Shown piece after piece: positions 7,950 through 17,142 of a stretch of DNA of 64,000 nt. Numbering within the stretch: the first letter of the stretch is position 1; the number at the start of each line of letters is the position of its first letter. This DNA comes from an uncultured Bacillales bacterium (lineage in GTDB: Bacteria; Bacillota_I; Bacilli_A; RF39; UBA660), in assembly GCA_902477075.1 (NCBI GenBank), contig CABSFU010000001.1, forward strand, positions 15,881-79,880, in the 5' to 3' direction. The position numbers and the translations under genes are program-made. The notes below the pieces were generated by a model, which saw only the letters and a program-made list of their open reading frames with translations, was not told the DNA's origin and made no database searches.

Positions 7950-8655
7950 AATTTTTCAATCCCTTTTTTCTTTCTCTTGCTAGCAAATCAATCTTATAAC
8001 CATTGTTAAAAATAATAATGCCATTAGACCAATCTACATGTTCAATATAATTAATATTTACAACGCAACTACGATGGGTAAGATAAAAGTTATCATCTAA
8101 TTTTTCTAAAATATCACTTAAAGTACAATGAATATAATATATTTCATTTTTTGTCACAACCTTACATTTTCTATCCAATGGTTCTTTTACTACATAAATG
8201 ATGCTAGAAATATCAATACGATAGCTTGTTCCTTTATTGTTATAATAAATGAAGTTTTTATTATTAGATTGATCAATAATCTTTTGAATTAATCCTTCTA
8301 ATTGTAATTTGTAATTATCAAACTTAGAAATAAAATCTAAAACCATTGCTTGAGCTTTTAAAACTTCATAGCCCATTTCTCCATGAGAAGTGATCATGAT
8401 GATAAAACTGTTCCAGTCGTGTTCCCTTATTTTTCTTGCAATATCAATACCAGAAATACTATTCTTCATTTCAATATCCAGAATATAGATTTTATTTTCC
8501 TGATGATCTTTAATAATTTTATCCAAATCATTATTATAACCAGAAAAAATTGTTGTACTATATTCTAAATTATTATTCATAAAAGTGCTGTCTATAATTT
8601 TAACAATTCTTTTTGAAAACATAACTTCATCGTCACAAACTATAAATCTATACAT
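7936..8655 (-). CDS. AgrA-like response regulator (receiver plus LytTR)
   Basis: MYRFIVCDDE...YILDIEM...IIMITSHGEM...VLDFISK, with LytTR THRSCVVNINYI. Confidence 0.88.
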   Translation of the reverse strand: MYRFIVCDDEVMFSKRIVKIIDSTFMNNNLEYSTTIFSGYNNDLDKIIKDHQENKIYILDIEMKNSISGIDIARKIREHDWNSFIIMITSHGEMGYEVLKAQAMVLDFISKFDNYKLQLEGLIQKIIDQSNNKNFIYYNNKGTSYRIDISSIIYVVKEPLDRKCKVVTKNEIYYIHCTLSDILEKLDDNFYLTHRSCVVNINYIEHVDWSNGIIIFNNGYKIDLLARERKKGLKNYVNV

Positions 8656-8750
8656 ATAATCTCACCCGATACTTTTACAAAAAAAAACAACTACTATAAA
8701 ATAAATACTAACATAAAAAGCCTTATTTTTCAATATAATTTCCATATTTT

Positions 8751-8792
8751 GGAAAAATAAAAAGAAAAGATAGTTATATTTTGTAACTATCT
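8751..8792 (-). terminator. rho-independent terminator of the AbiEi-like gene
   Basis: A 9-bp stem AGATAGTTA / TAACTATCT overlaps the TAG stop. It is followed by a CTTTTCTTTTTATTTTT tract on the minus strand. Confidence 0.65.
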
Positions 8793-9329
8793 ATATACTT
8801 CATTTTCAATACGATACATAATCATCGGATCTTTAAAAAATTGTACATATCTTCCTATCTTATTTTTATTAAGTAATCTTACTATTTTTTTATATCCAAG
8901 AATAATTTTAGAATACAAATTAAAGTCCATATTTTTTTTATTTCTTACTACTTCAATTAACAATCTTTCTAAATCATAAATTTGAATACCAAATCCTAAA
9001 TATTTTACATGATTCAATCCAATAGGATATAATTCATCCATCATGAAAATTTGTTTTACATTTTCATCTTTTATTTTTCTATCTTTTTGCTTTGTAACGA
9101 TATAATAAGGTAATCTGTTTTCCTCTATCAAACCATAACAGAAACAAGCTGTTTGAAGAGTAAACACAATATTAGGATGTTTTTTTGATAAATATTCCAA
9201 ATAATGAAAGGAAGGAGTTGTACTATATACACCTTTTTGAATCATAAATAATTCTTCATTTTGAACCATTTTTTTAATATTAAAATCATTTTTCCCTAAT
9301 TTCGTTAAATCCTTGTATAAATAGATCAT
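8787..9329 (-). CDS. hypothetical protein, AbiEi-antitoxin-like (wHTH) architecture
   Basis: The N-terminal pattern DLTKLGKNDFNIKKMVQNEELFMIQKGVYS, followed by PNIVFTLQTACFCYGLIE, resembles AbiEi-type N-terminal domains. No nucleotidyltransferase partner is adjacent. Confidence 0.4.
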   Translation of the reverse strand: MIYLYKDLTKLGKNDFNIKKMVQNEELFMIQKGVYSTTPSFHYLEYLSKKHPNIVFTLQTACFCYGLIEENRLPYYIVTKQKDRKIKDENVKQIFMMDELYPIGLNHVKYLGFGIQIYDLERLLIEVVRNKKNMDFNLYSKIILGYKKIVRLLNKNKIGRYVQFFKDPMIMYRIENEVYR

Positions 9330-9393
9330 AGTATCACCTAATGATATTATACTATAAAATAACCTCTAACACAATTATATACCGACGTTTAAT

Positions 9394-11988
9394 CTATACT
9401 CCGCCAACAATTCCTCTTTTACGTAAAGTATATTTACGCAACCAGTCAACCGGTATAACAGTGGAAGCAATTAAAATCATAATCTCTAATTCCTTTAACG
9501 TAAGTCCTGCTGTTCTAAATAACTCTCCACCAAAATAGATTAAAATTAATTGAACAATAGCAATAAAAAAGATAATACTCAAAAATACTTTATTTTTAAA
9601 TAAATTCGCTAATAAATTAATTCGTACCGTTCTAGCATTAAAAGCATTAAAAATAGAAATAAAAATAAATAAGCCAAAAAAAGCAGTCATAAAGTATTCA
9701 TCATTTACGCCATCTCTAAAAAAATGATGGATAAAAGGACTTTTCAAGAAAAATACACACATGAAAGAAGAATAAAGACCCGTAAATACAATTTCATGAA
9801 TCATATACTTATTTAAAATAGATTCCATTTTCTTTTTAGGTTTTTCATTCATATATTCTAAAAGAGGTGGTTCAAAAGAAAAAGCTAAACCAGCTAAAGT
9901 ATCCATAACCATATTAACCCATAACATTTGAATAACCGTTACAGGAGTATCCACTCCAATAAATGGTCCAATAATAGATAAAGAAACAGCACAAATATTA
10001 ACAGTTAATTGAAAAATAATAAACTTGCGAATACTTTTAAAAATAGTTCTTCCATATAAAATGGATGCTGCAATTGATTTAATATTATCATCTAGAATAA
10101 CGATATCACTAGCCTCTTTGGCAACCTCTGTCCCTGAACCCATTGCAAAACCTATGTCTGCTTTTTTAAGTGCTGGTGCATCATTCACCCCATCCCCTGT
10201 CATACCAACTACCAATCCCATAGAAGAAGCTATTTTTACTAATCTGCTTTTATCTTGTGGAAGAGCTCTTGCTACCACTTTTAACTTGGGCATCTTATTT
10301 TTAATTTCAATATCAGATAAATTTTCTAACTCATTATGAGTTAAAATAATATCTCCTTCTTTATATAATCCCACTTCACTAGCAATAGAAAGTGCTGTTT
10401 CCCTATTATCTCCTGTAATCATAACGGTTTGAATATGTGCTTTTTCAATCAACTCAAGTGTATTCTTTGCTTCTTCTCTCACCTCATCTTTGATTAATAA
10501 AATACCAATTAAATTTAAATTTTCGTAACTTGGTGTAAGGGAATTAGCTAATAATATAACACGAATCCCTCTTTTGGTTATTTTTTCTAAATAATCTTTT
10601 ATCTTATTTTTATTTAAGGTAAATAAACTACCATTGGAATGATAATATTTATTACATTTTGGAAGCAATATTTCAAAAGCTCCTTTAATATAATATTCTC
10701 TTTTTCCATCTTTCTCAATTGTTACTTTAGAATACTTTTTTTTACTATCAAATGGTTCCGATGATACCGTTTGATAATTTAAATTAGGGTCTTGTCTAAT
10801 AAATTTTAAAATAGATTTATCTGTACTATTTCCTCCAATAATGTACCCTTCTGAAAAATGGCTAGAATTGTTATAATAAATGGATTTTAAAACAACATCT
10901 TTGAACCTTGGAAAAGCATTTAATTCTGTAATATGGTTTCTTTCCTTTAATTCACCATCTACAAAACCAGTAACTTCTAGTTTTCCTTTTGTTAAAGTTC
11001 CTGTTTTATCTGTAAACAAAATATTTAAACTTCCTGCTGTTTCTATTCCAACCAATTTTCTCACTAATACATTGTTTTTTAACATTCTTTTCATATTAGA
11101 TGATAAAACTAATGTTATCATCATTGGCAAACCCTCTGGAACAGCTACTACAATAATCGTAACTGATAAAGTTAACGCATGCAAAATATATCCAAATAGT
11201 AGAGGAAAATTAGTCATTGTTTCTTTAATCAAAGCACTATCAAAATTATTTTTTAATACAATCATAGAAAAAAGATAAGAAACAGATACTAGAAAAGCTC
11301 CTACATATCCAATATAACTAATAATTTTCGCTAAATGTCTTAAACGTAATTTTAATGGACTATCCGGTGATTTTTCGGAAACTTCTTTAGCCAATTTTCC
11401 ATAAATAGTATTAGAACCTACCTCTGTGACAATCATAATACCTACTTTTGAATAAACCACGCTTCCTCTTAAAAGTTTATTTCTTTCTGACTGGTTTTTA
11501 GCTGATGTTTTTTTTACTTCTTTTGTTTCTCCTGTTAAAGAAGATTCATCTACTGTAATTTCCCCTTCCATTAAATAACCATCGGCAGGAATTTTATCAC
11601 CTGTTTCTAGTAATACAAGGTCATTTACTACTACATCTTTAATAGGTATCTCTTTTATTTCATTATTTCTTTTTACTCGGCATTTGATTTTAGAGGCTTC
11701 CATTTGTAATTTTTTAAAAGCTTGCTCACTTCCATATTCTGATATTGTAGATATAAAAGAGGCAATGAATATTGCTATTACAATACCTACTGTTTCATAC
11801 CAATCAAAATCTTTGATTAAAAAAACAGTTTTAATTCCCAGTGCAATAATTAGAATACGAATAATAGGATCTCCTAATGACTCTAATAATTTTTTTAAGA
11901 AACTAACCTTATCTACATTTTCTAAAGCATTACTTCCATATTTTTGTCTATTTTTTATTACTTCTTCTTCTGTTAATCCTGATTTCAT
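9394..11988 (-). CDS. calcium-type P-type ATPase (P2 family cation pump)
   Basis: DKTGTLT phosphorylation motif, TGES (SLTGET), MITGDN, GDGVNDAPALKKADIG, and 10 predicted TM helices. Confidence 0.93.
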   Translation of the reverse strand: MKSGLTEEEVIKNRQKYGSNALENVDKVSFLKKLLESLGDPIIRILIIALGIKTVFLIKDFDWYETVGIVIAIFIASFISTISEYGSEQAFKKLQMEASKIKCRVKRNNEIKEIPIKDVVVNDLVLLETGDKIPADGYLMEGEITVDESSLTGETKEVKKTSAKNQSERNKLLRGSVVYSKVGIMIVTEVGSNTIYGKLAKEVSEKSPDSPLKLRLRHLAKIISYIGYVGAFLVSVSYLFSMIVLKNNFDSALIKETMTNFPLLFGYILHALTLSVTIIVVAVPEGLPMMITLVLSSNMKRMLKNNVLVRKLVGIETAGSLNILFTDKTGTLTKGKLEVTGFVDGELKERNHITELNAFPRFKDVVLKSIYYNNSSHFSEGYIIGGNSTDKSILKFIRQDPNLNYQTVSSEPFDSKKKYSKVTIEKDGKREYYIKGAFEILLPKCNKYYHSNGSLFTLNKNKIKDYLEKITKRGIRVILLANSLTPSYENLNLIGILLIKDEVREEAKNTLELIEKAHIQTVMITGDNRETALSIASEVGLYKEGDIILTHNELENLSDIEIKNKMPKLKVVARALPQDKSRLVKIASSMGLVVGMTGDGVNDAPALKKADIGFAMGSGTEVAKEASDIVILDDNIKSIAASILYGRTIFKSIRKFIIFQLTVNICAVSLSIIGPFIGVDTPVTVIQMLWVNMVMDTLAGLAFSFEPPLLEYMNEKPKKKMESILNKYMIHEIVFTGLYSSFMCVFFLKSPFIHHFFRDGVNDEYFMTAFFGLFIFISIFNAFNARTVRINLLANLFKNKVFLSIIFFIAIVQLILIYFGGELFRTAGLTLKELEIMILIASTVIPVDWLRKYTLRKRGIVGGV

Positions 11989-12046
11989 ATCATCACCTAT
12001 ACTTAACTATATGTACAAGTTCTTTTTTTAGAAATGATTGACAAAA

Positions 12047-12682
12047 TTAGAATGATATTTCTTCCAAAATACTATTTATTTTTTTGTAATCTTCTGTTTC
12101 TATTTTGTTGTTTACAATATGACTGACATCTAATACATCAATTTCATATTCAATTGCTATGGCATTCATTTTTGAATTTAAATAAGAAATTACTTCATCA
12201 TACTTACTATTACCAGGATTGTAAAAATTCATGAAAATTATTTTTTCTTTTGAAAATTTTCTTAGTAGTAGAAATAATTCTTCTAAATCCATTAGGATGG
12301 TATCACTATAACGATATAATTCCTGTATATCTTCCGTATTTATTTTATAAGATAATTCATTCATTCCTACCCATACTGTGATAATATCTGCTTTAATTAA
12401 AGCATGATTAATGGTTTGTTTTTTACCATTCACTACAATTTCTGTATTCTCATTAATGAATCGAATTAAGTCTGTAATACGGTAATCTTCTACATTATAA
12501 TCATTATTATAATATTCTAATTTATCATTTTGTTCTAATGTTTCTTTGTAATATTTACTATAATCATCATTCGATATTGTATTTAAATTTAAATAGTAAA
12601 TTTGATTATCTAAAAATACTTTATATACTAAAAATACAAGCAAAACAATAACGACAACAAACAAAATTTTTTTTATTTTCAT
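12047..12682 (-). CDS. membrane-anchored hypothetical protein, possibly a degenerate SGNH/GDSL-like fold
   Basis: N-terminal TM helix. GMNEL resembles block III (GxND) and LDVSHI resembles block V (DxxH). No clear GDS nucleophile block. Confidence 0.3.
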   Translation of the reverse strand: MKIKKILFVVVIVLLVFLVYKVFLDNQIYYLNLNTISNDDYSKYYKETLEQNDKLEYYNNDYNVEDYRITDLIRFINENTEIVVNGKKQTINHALIKADIITVWVGMNELSYKINTEDIQELYRYSDTILMDLEELFLLLRKFSKEKIIFMNFYNPGNSKYDEVISYLNSKMNAIAIEYEIDVLDVSHIVNNKIETEDYKKINSILEEISF

Positions 12683-12717
12683 ATTTCACCTCAAAAAAAG
12701 TAGATTTCTCTACTTCA

Positions 12718-13980
12718 TTATATTTCATTATAATCTATTAATTCTATCTTAGCGCCAACATTTTGTAATTTTTCAATAATATTTTCATATCCCCTTAAAA
12801 CATGTCCAATAGATGAAACCGTTGTTGTACCAGTTGCTACTAAAGCAGCTAATACCATACAGGCTCCAGCTCTTAAATCGGTTGCTTCTACTTCGGCTCC
12901 ATGTAATTCTCTTTTTCCATGAATTTCAATTTTCTGACCATTTATTTTAATATCGGCACCCATTTGATTTAAATAAGGGACATTCTTAAAACGATTTTCG
13001 TAGATTGTTTCCTCTAAAATAGAAACTCCACATGCTTGTGTAAGAAGAGTAGTCATTGGTTGTTGCAAATCGGTTGGAAATCCAGGATAACCTAGTGTTT
13101 TAATATTAACACTTTTAGGGTTTGAACAAGAAGACACCAACACATAATCATTTCCTACTTCTAAAGGAATATTCATCTCTTTTAATTTTTCAATTAGAGA
13201 TTCAACATGATTTGGAATCATATTAGAAATTTTTAAATTTTTTCCAATTAAAGCACCGGCTATGATATAAGTACCGGCCTCAATACGATCAGGGATTACT
13301 TCTGTAAATCCCCCTGTTAATTTTTCTACTCCCTCTACTGTTATAACACTGGTTCCTGCTCCTCTTATCTTCGCACCTAAATTATTTAAAAATGTTGCTA
13401 CACTAACAATTTCTGGTTCCTTTGCAGCATTGTATATTTTTGTTTTTCCACTCGCTTTAGTAGCTACTAACATGGTATTAATTGTCGCTCCTACACTTGG
13501 CATATCAAGTGCAATATCTGTGCCAGTTAATTTTTCAGCTGTAATAGTATATTTGTTGTCTTTTTCTATAATAGTTGCTCCTAAAGAATGAAATGCTTTT
13601 AAAGTTTGATCAATTGGACGTGCTCCAATAGAACATCCACCTGGAAAATACATTTCTACCTTTTTGTATTTTCCAAGTAAAGCGGCCATAAAATAATAAG
13701 AAGCTCTTAATTTTTTTGATATATTTTCTGGTATTTCTCTATTTTGAATGGAAGAAGAGTCTATTTTTATTTGACTATCTTTCCAGTCTACTTTTGCCCC
13801 TAAATACTCTAATATTTCATTTAAAGCATCTATATCTGAAATATTTGGAATATTATCAATTGTAACAATTCCATCCGATAAAATAGAAGCAGGAATTAAT
13901 GCCACAGCACTATTTTTTGCTCCACTTATTTTTATTTCACCTTGTAGTAAATGTTTTCCTTCAATTCTTAGTTGTTTCAT
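12718..13980 (-). CDS. murA: UDP-N-acetylglucosamine 1-carboxyvinyltransferase
   Basis: MKQLRIEGKHLLQGEIKISGAKNSAV, with the catalytic Cys in PGGCSIGARPID. AAGGAG lies 5 nt before the ATG at 13980. Confidence 0.96.
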   Translation of the reverse strand: MKQLRIEGKHLLQGEIKISGAKNSAVALIPASILSDGIVTIDNIPNISDIDALNEILEYLGAKVDWKDSQIKIDSSSIQNREIPENISKKLRASYYFMAALLGKYKKVEMYFPGGCSIGARPIDQTLKAFHSLGATIIEKDNKYTITAEKLTGTDIALDMPSVGATINTMLVATKASGKTKIYNAAKEPEIVSVATFLNNLGAKIRGAGTSVITVEGVEKLTGGFTEVIPDRIEAGTYIIAGALIGKNLKISNMIPNHVESLIEKLKEMNIPLEVGNDYVLVSSCSNPKSVNIKTLGYPGFPTDLQQPMTTLLTQACGVSILEETIYENRFKNVPYLNQMGADIKINGQKIEIHGKRELHGAEVEATDLRAGACMVLAALVATGTTTVSSIGHVLRGYENIIEKLQNVGAKIELIDYNEI

Positions 13981-13991
13981 AAATACTCCTT

Positions 13992-14810
13992 TCATGACAG
14001 TATTTGTAGTTTATGGCGAACTGCTTCTTTGATTGCTTTTTCACCGCTTTTGATTATTTTTCTCGGATCATAAATATCTGGATTTTGATTTAAGTACTCT
14101 TTTATAGCTTTTGTCCAAGCAATTTGTAATTCTGTATTAATATTTACTTTTGTTATTCCAGATTCAATAATTTATTTTAATTCTTCGTCGCCAATTCCTG
14201 TTCCTCCGTGTAAAACAAGAGGAATATTTAAAATGTTTTGCAATTTTTTTATTTTTTCTACATCAATTTTAGGTTTACCAGTATATAGCCCGTGAACATT
14301 TCCAACAGCAGGCGCTAAAGAATCTATTTTTGTTTCATTTACAAACTCACATGCATCTTCTATATCAACGTACACTGGTTCTTTTGATTTTCCTATATAA
14401 CCAATTTCTGCTTCTACTGTTACATTATTTTCATGAGCTATCAAAACGATTTGTTTTGTTAATTCTATATTTGTTTTTAAATCATACTTAGATGCATCAA
14501 TCATTACCGATGTAAATCCTGCTTCAATAGCTCTTTTACAAGCATCTACACTACCATGATCTAAATGAATTGCTACTGCCGTTTTGATATTTAAATCTGT
14601 AATTAAACTTTTAATTAGTGAAACTACTACATGATAACCACCCATATATTCTATAGCACTTTCACTAACGCCTAAAATAACTGGTTTGTTTAAAAAAGCA
14701 CACTCTTCTAAAATAAATCTTGCCCATTCAAGATTATTGATATTAAAATGAGCTACAGCATAATGATTTGTTAAGGCTTTTTGTAACATTTCTTTTGTGT
14801 TTGTTATCAT
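13992..14810 (-). pseudogene. fba: class II fructose-1,6-bisphosphate aldolase interrupted by one in-frame TAA (14172-14174)
   Basis: The N-terminal 212 codons (HLDHG, EAEIG, GNVHG, LVLHGGTG) end at ...GDEELK-TAA. The same frame then continues IIESGITKVNINTELQIAWTKAIKEYLNQNPDIYDPRKIIKSGEKAIKEAVRHKLQILS-TGA. That stretch is the conserved aldolase C-terminus. Confidence 0.85.
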
Positions 14811-14859
14811 GTTATCACCAGTATTATTATATTATTTTTTCCTTAAAAAGGCAATAAAT

Positions 14860-15393
14860 CTATTTTATTATGCAACAGATACCAATAATAATTAAAACAA
14901 GACCTCCTATGAATGTCGATGTTTTTCCAATCCAATTATTAATTTTTGTGCCTAAATATAGTCCTAAATAAGTAAATAAAAAACTAAATATTGAAAATAA
15001 AAAAGCTGCCAATATTGGTTTATTATAGATTGTATTTAACCCGATACCAACCGAAAAACTATCAATAGATACAGCAAAACCAAATATAAAAAATTCACTG
15101 ATTTTTAAAAGTGTAATTTGTCTATCTTCTTTAAAGCTTTCTATTATCATTTGAATACCAATTATTAATAGCACAAGGAAAACAACAATAGATGGTTTTA
15201 CTGGTAATAAATATAATACCGTCTTACCTACATTCATTCCTAAAATTGGCATAAAAAAATGATAGACACCAACAATAATAGACAAAAGAATTCTACGACT
15301 CTTTTCTATGTTTAGGGTCCCGTAGGCAAGGGATAAAGAGAAGGCATCCATACTAAGACTAACTGCTATTAATAAAACAAATAAGAATGACAT
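14860..15393 (-). CDS. MntP/YtaF-family membrane protein (Mn efflux or sporulation membrane protein)
   Basis: MSFLFVLLIAVSLSMDAFSLSLAYG, with a second repeat at AVSIDSFSVGIG. GGAGG lies 7 nt before the ATG at 15393. It is 40 nt downstream of spoIIR. Confidence 0.8.
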   Translation of the reverse strand: MSFLFVLLIAVSLSMDAFSLSLAYGTLNIEKSRRILLSIIVGVYHFFMPILGMNVGKTVLYLLPVKPSIVVFLVLLIIGIQMIIESFKEDRQITLLKISEFFIFGFAVSIDSFSVGIGLNTIYNKPILAAFLFSIFSFLFTYLGLYLGTKINNWIGKTSTFIGGLVLIIIGICCIIK

Positions 15394-15433
15394 ATAAAAA
15401 CCTCCTAGCAAATTATATGCAAGAAGGTTGTAC

Positions 15434-15949
15434 TTATATTATTTTTTCAATCAATTCTTGTAAAAAGAATTTGTATTCTACTTTTTCACTTTCTTCAGCT
15501 TCTACTAGACAAAATGGTGGAAATAAAACACACCACCAATTTTCTCCTTCACCACTTCCTAATGTTACTAACACCGATTTATAATAACCAGCATCATATG
15601 TAATCCCCTTGTAGTTTTTTTCTGGAAAATAATTTTGTCCATAATGAATAGTATAACCTAGATTGTAATTTTCTTTTTTTAATAAACTATATATATTGTT
15701 ATCAATGGAATTTAAATTTTTTTGAATGATTTGTTCTGCTTCTTCACTGTTTTTTGCGTTTTTAAGTAAGTAGTACATATCTTTTTTTAATAAGTTGCTT
15801 ACTTTTTGCTTTATCTCTTGATCATAATTGGTATTCGAATTTGCTACTACTCTAATTCGAATAGCGTCTTCTGGAATCTTATTTGCAATGACTTTTACTG
15901 TGGAAAAAATGACTAAAATAACAATAATAGCACTTATGATTTTTTTCAT
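15434..15949 (-). CDS. spoIIR: stage II sporulation protein R
   Basis: Signal anchor, IRIRVVANSNTNYDQEIKQKV, and GEGENWWCVLFPPFC, the SpoIIR hallmark. Confidence 0.88.
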   Translation of the reverse strand: MKKIISAIIVILVIFSTVKVIANKIPEDAIRIRVVANSNTNYDQEIKQKVSNLLKKDMYYLLKNAKNSEEAEQIIQKNLNSIDNNIYSLLKKENYNLGYTIHYGQNYFPEKNYKGITYDAGYYKSVLVTLGSGEGENWWCVLFPPFCLVEAEESEKVEYKFFLQELIEKII

Positions 15950-15999
15950 TTGAATCATCTCCTATTTTATATTGATGATTCAAAATTATTTTATTCAAT

Positions 16000-17061
16000 T
16001 TAACCTACAACTTCTAAAAGAATTCTTGTATATATGGATGTTGTCAATTTCATTGAATTATATAAATAATAGTTTAATTGATACTCCGTATCTGGTTTTA
16101 CTTCAAATATATCTACAATACTAGACTGTGTCCAAGTAGTTGCTGCAGGAGCATATACAATTGACGCCTCTGAAGGGCCAAATTTATAATTATATTGTCC
16201 TGGTGATGATGGATAACTTTGATAGGTTGCTGTTATTTTAACATATGAAACAGATGGATCAAAACTAACTGTACCATTGCTATTATATATTATTTTATTT
16301 CCCTTTTTATAAAGTAAAACAAGAGGAATTTTTTGATAAGAATTTACCACTGAATATTCTTTTCCATCTATTCTTAATAGCATATAATTTTCTTTTAGAG
16401 ACACCAAACTAGATAAATTTTCTATGTTTGTATTTGTTTTATCTAATTCGCTTTGTAAAGCATAGTTATTTAAATTACTTTGTAATTCTTCGATATTACT
16501 TTTGATACTTGTTATTTCATTTGTATTATTTGTTATTTTTGTATCTAATTCTGTAACCTTTGCATCTACTAAGTTATTTACTTCATCTTTAGAATATACA
16601 TTACTAACATTTCCTGTTCCATTATCTAACATTGCTACATATTTATTTGTTAAAGCATCAAATCCTATGATACAATTTCCAGTTTTTCTTTCTCCTACGA
16701 TAATTCCACTATTATAGTTTTTATATACATAATATTTATCATTTGAGATACAAACACTGACATTTCCTTCTTTATCTAAATAGAGTTTTCCTTCTCCATC
16801 TATGGTTCCTCTATAATCTAGACTTTCTCCTTTTATGGTACTTCCTTTGTGTTCCTTATCAAATAAAAATTCATAGACTCCATCATTTTCTATCGCATAC
16901 AAATTTGCGGATTCTACTAGTCCCTCTACACTAGACGCAAGTGCTTTCTTTTTACTTTCTTCTATTACATTTGTTATCATTGGTATTGTGATTAAGGTAA
17001 TTACTGATAATATAACAATTACAGCTAATAATTCTATTAATGTAAATCCTTTTTTCTTCAT
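16000..17061 (-). CDS. prepilin-type N-terminal cleavage/methylation protein with a long coiled-coil and beta-rich C-terminal extension
   Basis: MKKKG/FTLIELLAVIVILSV is a class III signal with Glu at +5. A pilin-like globular part of about 150 aa is followed by VYSKDEVNNLVDAKVTELDTKITNNTNEITSIKSNIEELQSNL and a beta-rich module of about 130 aa. GGAGG precedes the ATG at 17061. Confidence 0.8.
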   Translation of the reverse strand: MKKKGFTLIELLAVIVILSVITLITIPMITNVIEESKKKALASSVEGLVESANLYAIENDGVYEFLFDKEHKGSTIKGESLDYRGTIDGEGKLYLDKEGNVSVCISNDKYYVYKNYNSGIIVGERKTGNCIIGFDALTNKYVAMLDNGTGNVSNVYSKDEVNNLVDAKVTELDTKITNNTNEITSIKSNIEELQSNLNNYALQSELDKTNTNIENLSSLVSLKENYMLLRIDGKEYSVVNSYQKIPLVLLYKKGNKIIYNSNGTVSFDPSVSYVKITATYQSYPSSPGQYNYKFGPSEASIVYAPAATTWTQSSIVDIFEVKPDTEYQLNYYLYNSMKLTTSIYTRILLEVVG

Positions 17062-17142
17062 AAAGCCTCCTGTTTGTAACTGTATGGTTACTTTATACAA
17101 TAATATTATAACTAAATGGTTACAATGTCAATAGGTGATTTT

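Noticed and set aside
8679-8687. Homopolymeric A/T tracts (for example A9 at 8679-8687, A9 near 62168, A8 inside the ZIP gene at about 24249), considered as phase-variation switches
   Set aside because: Runs of this length are expected at this base composition. The intergenic ones lie in 5' UTRs rather than promoter spacers, and nothing suggests on/off frameshifting.
10025-12031. Three plus-strand ORFs (104, 132 and 115 aa) inside the P-type ATPase gene
   Set aside because: They are antisense to an intact 864-aa pump with all P-type motifs, and they have no start-site signals.
14172-14174. Possibility that the in-frame TAA in fba reflects a reassigned stop codon or an alternative genetic code
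   Set aside because: TAA, TAG and TGA each terminate many clearly complete genes in this window at the expected positions (for example ribosomal proteins). A global reassignment is therefore not supported.
15394-15433. Expected yybP-ykoY manganese riboswitch upstream of the MntP-family gene
   Set aside because: Only 40 nt separate it from the spoIIR stop, which is too short for the riboswitch. The gene is probably co-transcribed with spoIIR and may be the YtaF-type sporulation paralogue.
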